A DNA stretch of 64,000 nt from Tetramitus jugosus (taxonomy: Eukaryota > Protista > Heterolobosea): the NCBI GenBank assembly GCA_937625935.1, contig OW569385.1, forward strand, positions 248,001 through 312,000. The letters are read 5' to 3'. The notes below the pieces were generated by a model. It made no database searches and was not told where the DNA came from. It saw only the letters and a list, made by a program, of their open reading frames with translations. The position numbers and the translations under genes are program-made. Positions 31,551 through 43,943 of the stretch are shown piece after piece; the stretch's first letter is position 1, and each line of letters starts with the position of its first letter.

Positions 31551-34500
31551 TCATACAATTCTCTTTCCATGTTCGTCGTATTGAACCTTTCGCATACAAA
31601 AACCGTCATCTTCTTCCTCACTTTCGCTGTCCTGCGGTGATGGGTTGTCATTTGCTGCCTGTGGACGCTCTTCCTGCAGTTCAACAGCTTCCTCCAACAA
31701 TATTTTATCCACCTGATAGAGTAGTTGCGACAACAGTGTTTGATCTGTGAAAGACGACCAAAATTTTTTGTACTCAGACAGCACATAGTCTCTTGATTCT
31801 GTGTCTTCTATAACGAACTGCTTTTGGAATGCATTTGTCCAACTGCTTATACCATTACTCGCAACTATCCGCTCACTTTCGTGAACTGCCCATTTTTGCA
31901 TGAAAGAGTCATCATCAGGCTCGACTCCATCTTCATCAGACGATATGTCATCCTCAAAGTCTTCATCTATATCGTATCTATCTTCGTCTTCATCTTCGTT
32001 TTCATCTTCGTTTTCATCTTCGTCATCATCAATTTCATCTTCTCCATTATTCTTAGGGTAGATGTGATGACTTTGCTTAATCGTTTCCATGTACTCATCA
32101 AGTTTTGTTGAGGAGAAGAAGAGCTTCACCACCAGTTCTCTTCTCTTATTTTCACTTGAAGAGAATTTTCTCTTCTCCTGTGTAAGTTTTAGGATCTTAC
32201 AAAATGAGATACAGGCACGAACAAATCGATTCAGACTTTTAAATAGAGTCACAAACTGATGAGGTTCTAAGTTTTCGAAAAATGGATCAGTTCTATATCG
32301 CAAACACTCGTTCAGTTTCACCTTTAGTGCTTCAATTATTTCCAAGCACGCGTTCATTGACGATGTTGTACTATTGTCTATATCAGTAAAATTGTCCAAA
32401 GAGACAACAAACAGGTGAAGTCGAAAAGATACATACATTTTGTTGATACCAAGGCGGAACGAGCTACATGGAATGGCTTGAATGACTATTTGGAGAATAT
32501 GCTTCATGTTATCCACAGAGCTTTGGAAATGTTTGAATGGAAATCTCTTGTTGACATGGTTGGCTACAGTTGGGCTTGTTTGTATCGCCCTGACGTGCAC
32601 AGGCAGTAGAACTGTCAATAACTTTGGAAATGTTGATTCATTAAGCATTCGATACCTCAAGTGTTCTCTGCGCTGTAATGATATCAATTTTTCTGACTTC
32701 ACTGTTCCGTTCAATGCAAGCACCAAGTCATTCATTGCAATTGTTAAATCGTAGAAGTATAACAGACAGTCTTGCGCTTTCATTCCAATCATTGGCATCA
32801 ATAACTGCAACTGAAGGACGTAGTTTTGCATCTTTTTGGTAATTGTTTGTTGTAACTCTCCAGCCATTGTGGGGATTGTATCAATAAGTTCAGAGTGATA
32901 TCTCTCTTTAACAAGCATATCAAATGGGTACGATCGTAGAACGATTGAATTAGAAATCATATAGCAAGCCATAGCGGTAGATGAATCAGATATTCCTCTA
33001 TGCGCAGGATAGATTGTGCACATTATATATCGATACAGGTAGCCGACTATTATTTGTTGCTGGGTTTCATTTGCGAGAGTAAAGAGGCATTGCGAAATCA
33101 AATGAGACAAGTGATATTCCTGACATTTGCAGAATTGATCCAGAAGATGCTCGAGTATTGCTTGTAGTCTATCGTGGTGGGTATCCAAAGTGTTGGAGGT
33201 GGTGATAGCACTCCAGTTCTTCACTAATCTTTCGAATAGAGGAGTAGTTTGCTTGCATAGATGGATAACGCGAGAGATGATATGGTAAAAGAAGCTGAAA
33301 ACGGGAATACGGGTTAGTTAGGAATAAGTATTACGAACGAGTGAATGCTCACATACCACAGTGTAACGAAGATATAGTCTTGATCTTCTGCATGCTTTTT
33401 TGACTTGTCTTCATTAGGAGTAGACACCTGAGCGCGAGATTCCACGAGTCTCTCAATCAGGGAGGTACTTTGGAACAACATAAGCTTAACGGATTCTCCT
33501 ATTATATCCATCATTTCAGCCGCAGTTCCCTCATATCTAGTAGAGTGAGAGAAAGCACCAAATATGTGACGATGGAAATGTGACTTATTCTTGATAAGGT
33601 CAATGGCATTGGTTCTGGCAATTCCCTTCTCCTTCTTAATAGAGTTTACAATAACAACATCATCATTACTATGTTGCACATTAAAAGATGCTAAAGAGGA
33701 CCATAGCAAGCTTAAAGTAGTAATTCGTAATTTGGTCTCATTAAGTTCAATAGCACTTCTCTGTTGAACATCTGTTTCCGGTTTGTCCGAAAATAACTTT
33801 AACATGAATGCAGATATTGTTTTGAAAGATACTTGATATCTAATGAGAACACCTTTCACGACATTCTTCGTTTGCTCGTTTAACTTTGATGAAATACACA
33901 GGCTGTGGACTCTATCTCTAAAGCAAAGTAGAGTTTTTATCAGGTGGTCTAATAACTTCTCTTCCTCCGTATTCATTGATCGATTGAGATTCTGAGTGTA
34001 TGTGATCATAGACTGAGTTAAGCTTGTGGATATCATTAGAGCCATCAACATATTGGGAAGAGAATTTTGCTTGATTTGATATCCACATTTATACACGTCC
34101 AATGTTGTCTGTAGGGAATGTGTCAGTCAGAGAAGAGAATGGATGTAACAGGGGTAGAATACATTCTTGACATACAGTCGAGGGCCGTGTTCGTTGCAAA
34201 ATTTGGACATACGAGCTCATTAGTTGATAGTAGACTTGTAGAGACAATAATGTCATACTCCCTGATGGATTGTTCACTTTCAAAAAGTGCTGCGGATAGG
34301 GTTAGACAATACTGTGGAGAAAACAAGATGAAGTGGATACTTACAGTCGTGCTTGAATCGAATTCAAAAGAAATTTCATTTTTTCCTTGTTTCTTTGAAA
34401 TTATTCCAACATGATTCATGAGTGGTTCTATGTAATGATCGAATAGATGCTCGAGGGAGTCGTTATCTATCAACTCCATGTTTAATTGAACTAGATCCAA

Positions 34501-36342
34501 TAAGTAAATTGTTTTGTGATCTATTTCAGTTGATTGGAATGTTTGCAGCACCCATTCTAGAACTGTCGTAAATTCATCCTTATACTCTGCTCTAAAATGA
34601 TCTGAACCACAGCCAATGACATACAAGATATGACTGGCAGCTATTAGACCCATTTGTGTTTGCAATTCATGAGCACTAAATAATTGCTTACGCAAAAACA
34701 TCATAAGGTTTGGCAATATTTTAGCCTGATAAGCAATGCATCTACATAACACGAAGCAGAGTGAGTGAATTGAACGGACTGAAATCTTTTTGGCTCTCAT
34801 CAATCCATCTTCTATCATTCCAGAGAATTCAGATAATATTTTACACGGAGATGAGATGTCATCAAGAATAACCTGCTCGTCGGATGCTAAACTCACTAAT
34901 ATATCTCCTGATACACAGGCATCGCTGCTATAACCGATATCATTCGAAGATACTATTTCGACTGTTTGCAAAGAAGCCAATAGAGATGAAATCATATGAG
35001 CTCGTTTGTCCCTATACAGCTTGAATACTAGTATGCATATAGAGTGACACCATGGCTCTTCCTCTTCTTTGAATACATTCTTCTGATGTAAAAAATAAGT
35101 TGCCATAGCAAATACAGAATTTGATAGAATGCGAGAATTGCTCAGTGAGTGATAATCACTAGCTATTGCCTCCTGGATGTTCGACAGTGTTAACAGCTGA
35201 ACAGGCTTCGACTGATAGGTTTGTCTGAGAATACTAAAAACAACTCTTCTGTCTCTTTGATGTGTATGCAGCAACACCAATATAACTAAAATATCAAATC
35301 TAGACAGCGGAATGATGCTAGGTTTCTTAATAGAGTTGATAAAATTCTTAACAGCAATTGGATTGACGCTGAACGTCGTAATGAGCACCTCCGCACATAT
35401 CAAGGAACAAATATGAGCAGGCAGAGTTCGACACACCTGTCGAATTGAATCAACTATTCGTGGGGCGGATTCTCTTGTTATTGTCTTTAGTAATGTCCGA
35501 ATTAACACCACAACATCTTCCTCTTCAACATAATCAAGGGAAGATATTGTTATGGAGCCAATTTTTTTCTTTTGCTCGTTTGTTAGATTAGGTAGTTCGT
35601 ACAACACACCAACAACACTTGTACACAATGTTCGATCAGTCATCATACATTGTGACAACTGCTCTATAATAGATTCTGCTTCATTAAACGTCTCACCACA
35701 AATATCAGGTATTCTCTCAATAATCGGCTTCTTATCATCCAACACATCCAGCAGTTGCACATAATGTTGCGTAATTTTCGGATGTGGTTCCAATTCACTC
35801 AAAAATTTAAGAATTTGCAGTGTTTGTTCTCTGCATCGATTCTCATTCACGCCCATATTCATCTTTTCTTGCAACAACGCTACTCTCCGTATCAATTGAA
35901 TCGCAATTTCAACCATTGTTTCACTCTGTTTATCAAAATCAAAATCATTCTCTGCATTCCACAAACCATCATCATCATCATTCTCTAAATCTCCAAATTC
36001 ATCATCATCATCCAAGCATATCACATCTTCTTCTTCTTCTTCTTCGTTATCAGTCATCAAAACATCTCCTTCATCATCATCGTCGTCAATGATCATAGGA
36101 TCATTTATACTTGATGACTTTTTCATACGCTTTGATACCTCTTGTTTCGTTGTCATTGGCCTCTTTGATCGTTGTTTTTGTCTCACCTGAAAAACCAATG
36201 ATGAATTGGTGGATGATGAGGAACCATCATGATGATGATTATGCACACATGACATTAAATAATCAAAGTCAAGCTCGTCTACTTGTTGCAAATAGTCCCA
36301 CTTGTTGGTGGAAGAGCTGTCGTCCATTTGCTGTTTGACCAT
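31551..36342 (-). CDS. FANCD2: FANCD2-like DNA crosslink repair protein; multi-exon
   Basis: IIERIPDICGE, VVVLIRTLL, and FLRKQLFS...MGLIAA, which matches FANCD2 IRKQLSS (ubiquitinated Lys). Frame-consistent introns 34344-34290, 34175-34109, 33356-33295 and possibly in-frame 32436-32371. Confidence 0.65.
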
Positions 36343-36457
36343 TTTTTCTTGAATTTTCACACTTCGATCCGATGCTGGAACTAATGATTTTTTGGCGGGC
36401 TAGAAAAAATTTGCCGGTCGGTTACAGAGAGTTGTTCCGAATCTAAAAATCAAGGAA

Positions 36458-37897
36458 ATGAAAGATATAGTTGATAGGTGTGAAAGTTTAGAGCTATCGG
36501 ATACAGAGAGTGAAGACAGCTCAGAAGAGACCTCTACTGTAACTACCAGCACCTCTTCATCTAGTGACACTTCTGTGCAAGATGAAGAATCGATTTCAGA
36601 ATCGGAGAGTGAAGTAGAAGAGGACGAGGAAGAAGAGAAGGAAGAAGTAGAGGCAAACAAGGAAAGAATCAAAGAAGAAGAGGTAAAGAAAGATGTGGAG
36701 AGAGTCAGGAGTGAAGCAGATACCGCTTGTTCTTCAGATGATAGCACACCTCGAAAAGTTGTTTCATCTGAAGTAGAAGTCGACCGAAAGAGCATCAAGG
36801 AAATTGCCTTGTCCGAAAACGCGAACGAATTGAGCTCGGATAGAGCTCAAGAACACGAAAAACTTGAGACTCCAAAAAAGTTAGATATTGATAATTCGTG
36901 TATGAAGAAGAAAAAGGTTACATTCAAATCACCTCAGAAAATAGAATTCGAAAAGGATGAAGAAGAATATGAGAGTGAAGATTCAGAGAGTTCCTCATCA
37001 GAAGAAAGTGAATCGGATGATTCAGAGAGAGATAGTTCATTTTCAAAGAAAACAAGATACACCTCGGATGTGCTTTACAAATTGGACAATTTCGAGAACA
37101 CAGGTAAAGAAGAGAGTCGCACAAAAAGAGATAGAAGCGAATCAGACTTTGATATCATTTATAGGAGAATAACCCAACAACTTAGCAATTTTAAAGTTGA
37201 TCTGAACAACAATTTGAAAAAGAACAGAACGATTCAAGGTGAGTTGAGAAGGATTCAGACAAATTTTGACTCATTACTGTTAGCTAGGCAGGATAAATCT
37301 CCAAGAGAAAAGGAGCCGATAAAGACTACGAAGGTTCCTCCCTTAGATCTCCCAAAAACAAAAGAAACCAAAAATGTTCCTGATCGATCAGGAAAAGGAG
37401 CAGATAGGAGTAGCCCTGCACTAGAATCCCCAGTGGCACAGAAGAAAACCGTAAAGAGAGAAGTTCCAAAGACTGAAACTAGAAAGTCCAAAGAAAAGAG
37501 AATATCTGTCACTGATGGTATCGACCTTCGTACAGTTTCGACTCTCTATGGCTCTTGGGTGAAAGAGGAGGATCTTCTAGCTGATATGAAGATTCAGATT
37601 GACTCTCTATCAAAGGGAGCAATTCTTACCCAAGATAGAACAAAGGATGAGTGGAATTATGACACAGTACTCAGAACAAGAGCTGATGAGCTCGTGCTTT
37701 CTCGTACCTCTGGCCAAAACTTTGAGATGGTAACACTATCAGTGACCAAGAAGAGTAATGGATATTCAGTTACGGGAAGGGTGAAGATACGTCCCAATGA
37801 CAAGAAGGATTCCCCAATGAATACTAAGGAATCATTCGTCATCTCCAGTTATGTGATCGATAGTCAACTGGAAAGTACACTGGAAGACCTGTGTTGA
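36458..37897 (+). CDS. Hypothetical Glu/Ser/Lys-rich low-complexity protein
   Basis: 479-codon ATG-initiated ORF with no recognised domain; the last ~130 aa look folded. Confidence 0.65.
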   Translation: MKDIVDRCESLELSDTESEDSSEETSTVTTSTSSSSDTSVQDEESISESESEVEEDEEEEKEEVEANKERIKEEEVKKDVERVRSEADTACSSDDSTPRKVVSSEVEVDRKSIKEIALSENANELSSDRAQEHEKLETPKKLDIDNSCMKKKKVTFKSPQKIEFEKDEEEYESEDSESSSSEESESDDSERDSSFSKKTRYTSDVLYKLDNFENTGKEESRTKRDRSESDFDIIYRRITQQLSNFKVDLNNNLKKNRTIQGELRRIQTNFDSLLLARQDKSPREKEPIKTTKVPPLDLPKTKETKNVPDRSGKGADRSSPALESPVAQKKTVKREVPKTETRKSKEKRISVTDGIDLRTVSTLYGSWVKEEDLLADMKIQIDSLSKGAILTQDRTKDEWNYDTVLRTRADELVLSRTSGQNFEMVTLSVTKKSNGYSVTGRVKIRPNDKKDSPMNTKESFVISSYVIDSQLESTLEDLC

Positions 37898-37988
37898 CAT
37901 GAACAATTTTAACAAAAAGAATGCTCAGTAGGAAACTTTAATGTTTGATTATTTACAGTTGTGAGAGCTTTTTAAATTGTATTTACTT

Positions 37989-40289
37989 TCATGAAAAGGT
38001 GGTAATATTACCTGGCATTTGTTCCATTCTTGTCAAGCTGCTGCGTCCTCTTTCTGTCATGAAGTCCTTCCACCTGACAGCGAACACCTTGTATTCACTC
38101 AACGGCTTGTATCGATAGCCTCCGAATAGCAGAATCTTTGTCTTAGGGCAGGCAGGATTCTCGCTATAGTCCTTGAGAGTGATACATGCAGAACTATCTG
38201 CTGCGTAAGATTGCTCAGAGTTCAACTTTCTCCACTTGAGTGTCACCAGATCGAGCACATTGACTTCTGAACTGACATCCCATACAATGCCACCACCGAC
38301 AACAAACAAGTGAGCGCCGACACGGCAACTCACAGGGAAAGTTCCTGATCTTGGTACGTGATCAATACAGTCGGTCATGTCAATATTGGTCCAGACACTT
38401 GTCTTGACATCAAATATAAACAATTCTCTATAGTACTCTTTCCACTTCTTATCTGCTCCATTCTGGTACCAGTATCCACCTCCATAAATGACCAACTTGT
38501 TGTTGACTTCATGCATGGTGAATCCGAGACGTGCAGTAAATGGACAAGATTTTTGATTTGGCTTTGTTTTCACTGGAACTTGTCTCCAGGTGTAATCTTC
38601 GACGTCCAGTGCCCAAATCTCATCTGTTGGTGTCATGTGTTGTCCAATGCCACCTCCGACGACATACATCTCCTTTCGGCCATGAGGACCAGTGACAAGA
38701 GCGGCTTGATGATTGGTTCGAGCAGTGGGTTGCTCTGCGTCGGGTGCGAATTCAATCTGCGCCCATTCCTTTGTCTCCAGATCATACACGTACAAATTGT
38801 TTGTCACAACAGTGTTCTCTCCCTCTGTTCCACCAAAGAGGAACAATTTCTTGTTGTCGACACAGACGCAGGAGTGCTTTCCGAATTGCATCGGTTTACC
38901 AGTCAATGAACTCGTTCTGGTGTGATTGTTTGCTCTGAATGTAGGTGTGTTTGGTGTGAGTGGAGTAGTTGGTCCGTTGCCATTTCCGTTGGCACCATTG
39001 CTCATCCAATGATTTCCAACACTGGCATTGAACAGTGCGGCATTGGTGTTTGGTGTCAATGGACTGGTTGGGAACGCAAATTGATTTGCAATTGTGCTTG
39101 GTGTCAATGGAGATGAAGGCGTACGGATTCTGACCTGGCAGAAGTGAGCTCTGTTAGTGTCAAACTCGTGTAACACATCAGAGTCCTCCACTTCATTGAC
39201 TACAGCGTCTCCCACGACAGCTGCATTCTGAGGAGCAGCGCCATTCTGAGCAGCAGCGTTGTTCGCATTCTTGAATCCACCAATCATCACAAAACTGGAC
39301 TCGTCGGGTGTTGTACAAGTAATGGTGTGTCTGTGACGAGCGTGAGGATTGTAGTGACCCATGCGAGTCGAATGCTCCTGTGCCAATCTCATTCTCTTCT
39401 CGAATCCTCTATCGTGACCAAACAGTGTTTGATTGGCCAAGTCTGATGCACCACTGCCGTTGCCGCTGCTGCCGCTTCCAGTGCCACCGAGTCCCATAGA
39501 GAGCATTGGCTTCCATGCCATTCTCAGTTTTCTCTTGAGTGAAGTAGTAGGTGTGGTTGGTGATAGTTCACTGTTGCCACTGCCACCACCGATAATGGGA
39601 GTCGTAGGAGTGAGTGGCGTATTCGAAGTACCCACACTTGTCGTTGTAATCGGTGCTTGGTATAATCTGTTATTAATAGCCAAAGTCGGGGAATTAGCAG
39701 CGCCGACAGATGAGAAGGAGGAAGCAGAGCAGGGTGGAGTCAATGGAGAAGTAGGAGTGGCCACTGGGAAACGAGTATTGAAAATGTGAGGAGGCATCTT
39801 GTTTGTTCCTGCTTCACAACTCTTCTTGACCAACACCTTCTCCATAAAGTAGTCGCGACAATTGAGCTTTTGCTTGACAAATGATTCGCGCTCAGGATTC
39901 TGTTCAAACATGCACACTGTGGGGTCCAGTATCTGTGGATTGCGGCCTCTCTTTTGGAATGTCAAGTTCCACCACAAATATTCATCCTTGGACAGTTCGT
40001 GGAACCGTTTGTTCACTCTTTCAATGCACAACACAATTTCTCTGCGTCGCATGTACTGAAAAATGTTCAATAGGACTTCATCTGGCAGGACATGAAAGTT
40101 TTCAAAGTGAATAGGATCCAGTGGCATCATCATTGAGTCATTGTCTTGATCAACCACACCAAAATCAAAGGATGACATGTTGTTCATGATGGTGTTTGGA
40201 GAGAGAGGACCAACGTTGCCGTTGCCGTCAGCATTTTGGTCCATATTGCCAGACAAGGTTCTCAGGTGCTTGTAAATGGAGTTCCACAT
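37989..40289 (-). CDS. F-box/kelch-repeat protein
   Basis: F-box FHVLPDEVLLNIFQYM...VNKRFHELSKDEYLW; kelch blades (LFLFGG, MYVVGG, LVIYGG, LFVVGG, ILLFGG); many S/T-P motifs. Confidence 0.85.
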   Translation of the reverse strand: MWNSIYKHLRTLSGNMDQNADGNGNVGPLSPNTIMNNMSSFDFGVVDQDNDSMMMPLDPIHFENFHVLPDEVLLNIFQYMRRREIVLCIERVNKRFHELSKDEYLWWNLTFQKRGRNPQILDPTVCMFEQNPERESFVKQKLNCRDYFMEKVLVKKSCEAGTNKMPPHIFNTRFPVATPTSPLTPPCSASSFSSVGAANSPTLAINNRLYQAPITTTSVGTSNTPLTPTTPIIGGGSGNSELSPTTPTTSLKRKLRMAWKPMLSMGLGGTGSGSSGNGSGASDLANQTLFGHDRGFEKRMRLAQEHSTRMGHYNPHARHRHTITCTTPDESSFVMIGGFKNANNAAAQNGAAPQNAAVVGDAVVNEVEDSDVLHEFDTNRAHFCQVRIRTPSSPLTPSTIANQFAFPTSPLTPNTNAALFNASVGNHWMSNGANGNGNGPTTPLTPNTPTFRANNHTRTSSLTGKPMQFGKHSCVCVDNKKLFLFGGTEGENTVVTNNLYVYDLETKEWAQIEFAPDAEQPTARTNHQAALVTGPHGRKEMYVVGGGIGQHMTPTDEIWALDVEDYTWRQVPVKTKPNQKSCPFTARLGFTMHEVNNKLVIYGGGYWYQNGADKKWKEYYRELFIFDVKTSVWTNIDMTDCIDHVPRSGTFPVSCRVGAHLFVVGGGIVWDVSSEVNVLDLVTLKWRKLNSEQSYAADSSACITLKDYSENPACPKTKILLFGGYRYKPLSEYKVFAVRWKDFMTERGRSSLTRMEQMPGNITTFS

Positions 40290-40913
40290 GATATATGTTG
40301 TTGGTTATGGTATGTATGTTAGTTGGTTTGTTGTTTGTTGTTTTTCGCTCGTTTTTTTTTTCTTCGTGTGGGAGGAAGCTTTGGAAGAAGAGTTTTTCCT
40401 GTGAAGTTAGTTGCTGGTTGTTGGAAGTATGGATGTGGTGATTTTTGAAGCTGCTTCTGGGAAGTTTGCGAGAATGTGCGATTCAAAAAAACGATTGGGA
40501 CAAATGTCGTGTTTCAGTACGAAGCAGTTGCGAGAGTTGTGTGCTTGTTGTTGCTGTTGGTGGTTGTTATGGTTTTGAGTGGACTCCGAGAGAGTTTGAA
40601 GTTGGTGTTTGTTGTTGGGGGCAACGGGACACAAAATGTTCTTCTCAAAGCTGCGAGAGGGACTGCAGAGATGCAATGCAATGCTGTCCAAAGGGATCAA
40701 ACTGATTCGAATATTGATTACAAGAATCATTCAAAGGGCGGATCACGGCTGCAAAGATTCAGGTGGAATTCCCCGTTTATTCTCAGCCGCACATTTTCGT
40801 CCATCGCAGAAATGGTTCTTGACATCGTCCATCAAATTGACGGTCGAAGTTTTGACATATTTGTGACGCAACCAAGTTGTTACAAGTACTGTTCAGAACG
40901 ATACAACTCGTCC

Positions 40914-42170
40914 TTAATTGACACCGTCGATGGAAGGTTGAGGTGCTTTGAAAATGCTGTCTCGCAGAACAATTGACTTCCAAATAAACACGCAATGGAT
41001 AATGAGCCAATCAAAGAAAAAGTTTCCAAAGAGAGCCAAAGGTAATCTCCAAAGCATTTGAAGAACTTGCTTCTTGGGTGAAATATAGGGTATCAAGTCC
41101 ATACCTATCAAGACCACATAGAGAGCACTAATCGCCACAACATACGCCGCTAGAACTATGTATACGATATAAGAGGCCATTCTTCCAATCTTATTCGCGT
41201 AGTGTCCTCTTCCTGTGGTACAACCAATGATTACGCGACTAATGAGCTTTGCAGGATAGAAGATAATCAAACCAACAAATATCATTGCAAAAGTGACTGC
41301 ATAATTGGTCAACAGAGTGTTGTTGCATCCCTTGTAGATGAAATGGTTCGGAAAAGCGCACCACAAATCTTTCAGCTCCTTCAAGTGACACTTGTGACGC
41401 TCCTTGTTTCTGTCCTCATGGTTCCATCGATGAGCTGAGCAATACGAAAAACAAACATAAAATTGAGAGGTTTGCGTAAACCGTACTTCGTCCTCAATGC
41501 TCGAAAAGTTGTAATTTACAGGATCTTGATAATGAAACACTGCACCTCGTGGATAATAGCCTCGACTCGAATCATACACTGCATATCGATTCTGTTGACA
41601 AAAAGTGTGATTTGTCGAGTGTGAATGACTTGCATATGTAAGTTCACAGCTCAACAGTGCTTCAAATGCCAAATGACAATGATTCCTCCTCGTCCAAATC
41701 AATAAGAATGTAAAATAACAGTTCACGACCGTCACAGCCACAAACGCCATCAATATGACCAATTTCTGTACAAACGACAGCTCTACAAACTCTCCATCGT
41801 CCAACAATGCACTCTGAAACAAATAATTCGTTTTTCGATTCTTCTGATGTGCTCGATGAAAGAACAAGAAGAAAAACAAGTGACCAGAGTACAGTTTCAC
41901 AACCAATCGTTTCACTTTGTTCCAGTGTGATATTATCTGTGGTGCATTCGTGCTTGATTCTTCGGTACTGCCTTGCCGATCAGCATTGCCACGTGAGGAC
42001 AAAGAAGAAGAAGATAATAAATGCCTCGTCTCCTCCTCCTCAAAGTAATTATCTCTGATGAGATATCGAGAGGAGGGAGTTGTAGTCGTATTGTTGTTGG
42101 CCAAAAATTCAGTTGAGTCACTATCAATCATCACGTTTGACTCTGGTGAGTTCACCGATGATAGTGACAT
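40914..42170 (-). CDS. Hypothetical multi-pass membrane protein with a Cys-containing loop
   Basis: About four hydrophobic segments (KLVILMAFVAVTVVNCYFTFLLIW, YAVTFAMIFVGLIIFY, YIVYIVLAAYVVAISALYVVL, ALFGNFFFDWLII). A possible in-frame intron lies near 41815-41890. Confidence 0.6.
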   Translation of the reverse strand: MSLSSVNSPESNVMIDSDSTEFLANNNTTTTPSSRYLIRDNYFEEEETRHLLSSSSLSSRGNADRQGSTEESSTNAPQIISHWNKVKRLVVKLYSGHLFFFLFFHRAHQKNRKTNYLFQSALLDDGEFVELSFVQKLVILMAFVAVTVVNCYFTFLLIWTRRNHCHLAFEALLSCELTYASHSHSTNHTFCQQNRYAVYDSSRGYYPRGAVFHYQDPVNYNFSSIEDEVRFTQTSQFYVCFSYCSAHRWNHEDRNKERHKCHLKELKDLWCAFPNHFIYKGCNNTLLTNYAVTFAMIFVGLIIFYPAKLISRVIIGCTTGRGHYANKIGRMASYIVYIVLAAYVVAISALYVVLIGMDLIPYISPKKQVLQMLWRLPLALFGNFFFDWLIIHCVFIWKSIVLRDSIFKAPQPSIDGVN

Positions 42171-42317
42171 GTTGTGTGTTCCTCAATCTTTTGTTTTTCG
42201 GTCGATGAGTTGACACCTAATGAGCTTCCGTTTGCAGCAAGGAATTTCGCGCAAGAACCCCTGTCTAAGATTTTCGCCATAGTACGTCGAATCACACGGT
42301 AAATTTCGGACATTTAT

Positions 42318-43298
42318 TTACAGAGAAGAGAAGTGGGATAGGTTGTGTCGATGGAGGAGAGAACTAGGTATGACACTCTCCTGAGGCTCTTGAATCAACT
42401 CCTTCGATACAGGCACGTCCTTGAGCCAAATGGGGACGTTCTTTCGACTTCTGAGCAAGTACTCCTTGAACATCTTGCTCGAACCAAGGTTCGCCAGGTG
42501 CTTAACTTTCTCCTCGTCCTTTTGTTGTTCTATTATCTCTTCGTTCACTTTTGTGTTCTCCATTTCGAACCATTTCCTGGATGAAACATACCACCGTCGT
42601 CCATATTGGAGAGTGGGAGCACTTTTCATTTTCCTCTGAACATTCTCTTCGTCGTCTGAACTCTCTTTCAACCATTCAGAGTCATATTCAGATAAGAGTT
42701 CAGATGGGAAATCTTTGGACTCCCTAACTTGATCCAATGGATGCAGTATGTTGTACAGTGGCATTATTGTGTTCTCCCGCTCCTCTGACCTTAGTGAAGT
42801 TAAGAGTTTTTGTACAATCGGTACCTCTCCTTCAATAGGCTGAGTTAGAATAATTGGACCGTCATTTATCAGCCGAGATGACCGAGCTACATTTTCCTCA
42901 AAGTTTCTTCTACTGTTTCTCTGCTCCCTTACAATGTTCTGCTGGCCATTGTCATCAAGTGTCTTAGTGGTACTTGCGGTCGTTTTAGACTCCCTATTAA
43001 TCACTTGAGATAGAATATCAACTTTCAATGAACTCGTTTTTTCCTCTATTTCCTTTGCATGTTGTTTGTTCAATCGACTGACACTCTTCAGCTTCGTCGG
43101 ACTGTCTCTAACTTTGTGATTTATGAATCTCCAGTTCTGTGTGTGATTTCCCGTAGGATGTAGAGTCAACACTCTCTGTTTCTCACTTTTTACTTGACCA
43201 AACGAAGAGAAACTGTGGTTGTATGCGGCAGAAAAGTCTCCCAGCATACTATCTTTAGAAGGGTCATAATCTATTGTTTTTCGAACATTTGATCTCAT
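42318..43298 (-). CDS. Hypothetical protein, tentatively FAM47-like (C-terminal motifs)
   Basis: YGRRWYVSSRKW and SSKMFKEYL.....P.WL resemble the FAM47 C-terminal YGAWY...W / AFKEF....G.R.P motifs as I recall them. 5' end uncertain. Confidence 0.45.
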   Translation of the reverse strand: MRSNVRKTIDYDPSKDSMLGDFSAAYNHSFSSFGQVKSEKQRVLTLHPTGNHTQNWRFINHKVRDSPTKLKSVSRLNKQHAKEIEEKTSSLKVDILSQVINRESKTTASTTKTLDDNGQQNIVREQRNSRRNFEENVARSSRLINDGPIILTQPIEGEVPIVQKLLTSLRSEERENTIMPLYNILHPLDQVRESKDFPSELLSEYDSEWLKESSDDEENVQRKMKSAPTLQYGRRWYVSSRKWFEMENTKVNEEIIEQQKDEEKVKHLANLGSSKMFKEYLLRSRKNVPIWLKDVPVSKELIQEPQESVIPSSLLHRHNLSHFSSL

Positions 43299-43943
43299 CC
43301 TCTCTGCGTAAAACCACTTCTCTCAACGCCATCCCACCGGTTTTTCCGTAGTTTTGGTATCGGAGAATAAGTCTCTTCCGAGGGATTCCAAACAGCCTAG
43401 CTCCAGTTCAAGATGAGAACTTCCTGTCATGAAAGGACAAGGACATGGAGAAAGTTCGCACTGGGAACTATGTAAAGACCATCTTGCTTGGGAACCCTTC
43501 TGACGAACACTGTAAAGTTCACTCGCAACGCTTCGGATAGCAGTCCTTTTCTTCAAACGTAGACAGATGAAGGTCAAGATATGATAGCTGATGATTGCGC
43601 AAGTTCACTCCCTCCAACACCCACCTTCTGTGTTCACAAAGGCCATAGTTGGCGTAGGATGTGGTCTAAACATGAGTCCGTGCGGCGCCCTCGGCTACAA
43701 AACGGCGTGACGGGCGACGTTTTTCGAGCTTCAGTTTCGGCAACCTGGAAACGTCTCTGCGGCATCGAAAATACCTTTGATAAGCAAAAAACTCACCACT
43801 GGTCTCTCTCCAAAACTCAACACTGGCCACCGTACACACACAGCTGCCGTTAACATATATAAAACCTCCACACACGTAAAAGCTGGCAACAAGCTTCACT
43901 TCCACAACAAAAGAAACAAGCATATACACACAATCATACAATC

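Noticed and set aside
40290-40913. ORFs 40407-40730, 40476-40976 and neighbours
   Set aside because: Low-complexity GTT/TTG-rich sequence with no motifs; more likely UTR/promoter of the F-box/kelch gene.
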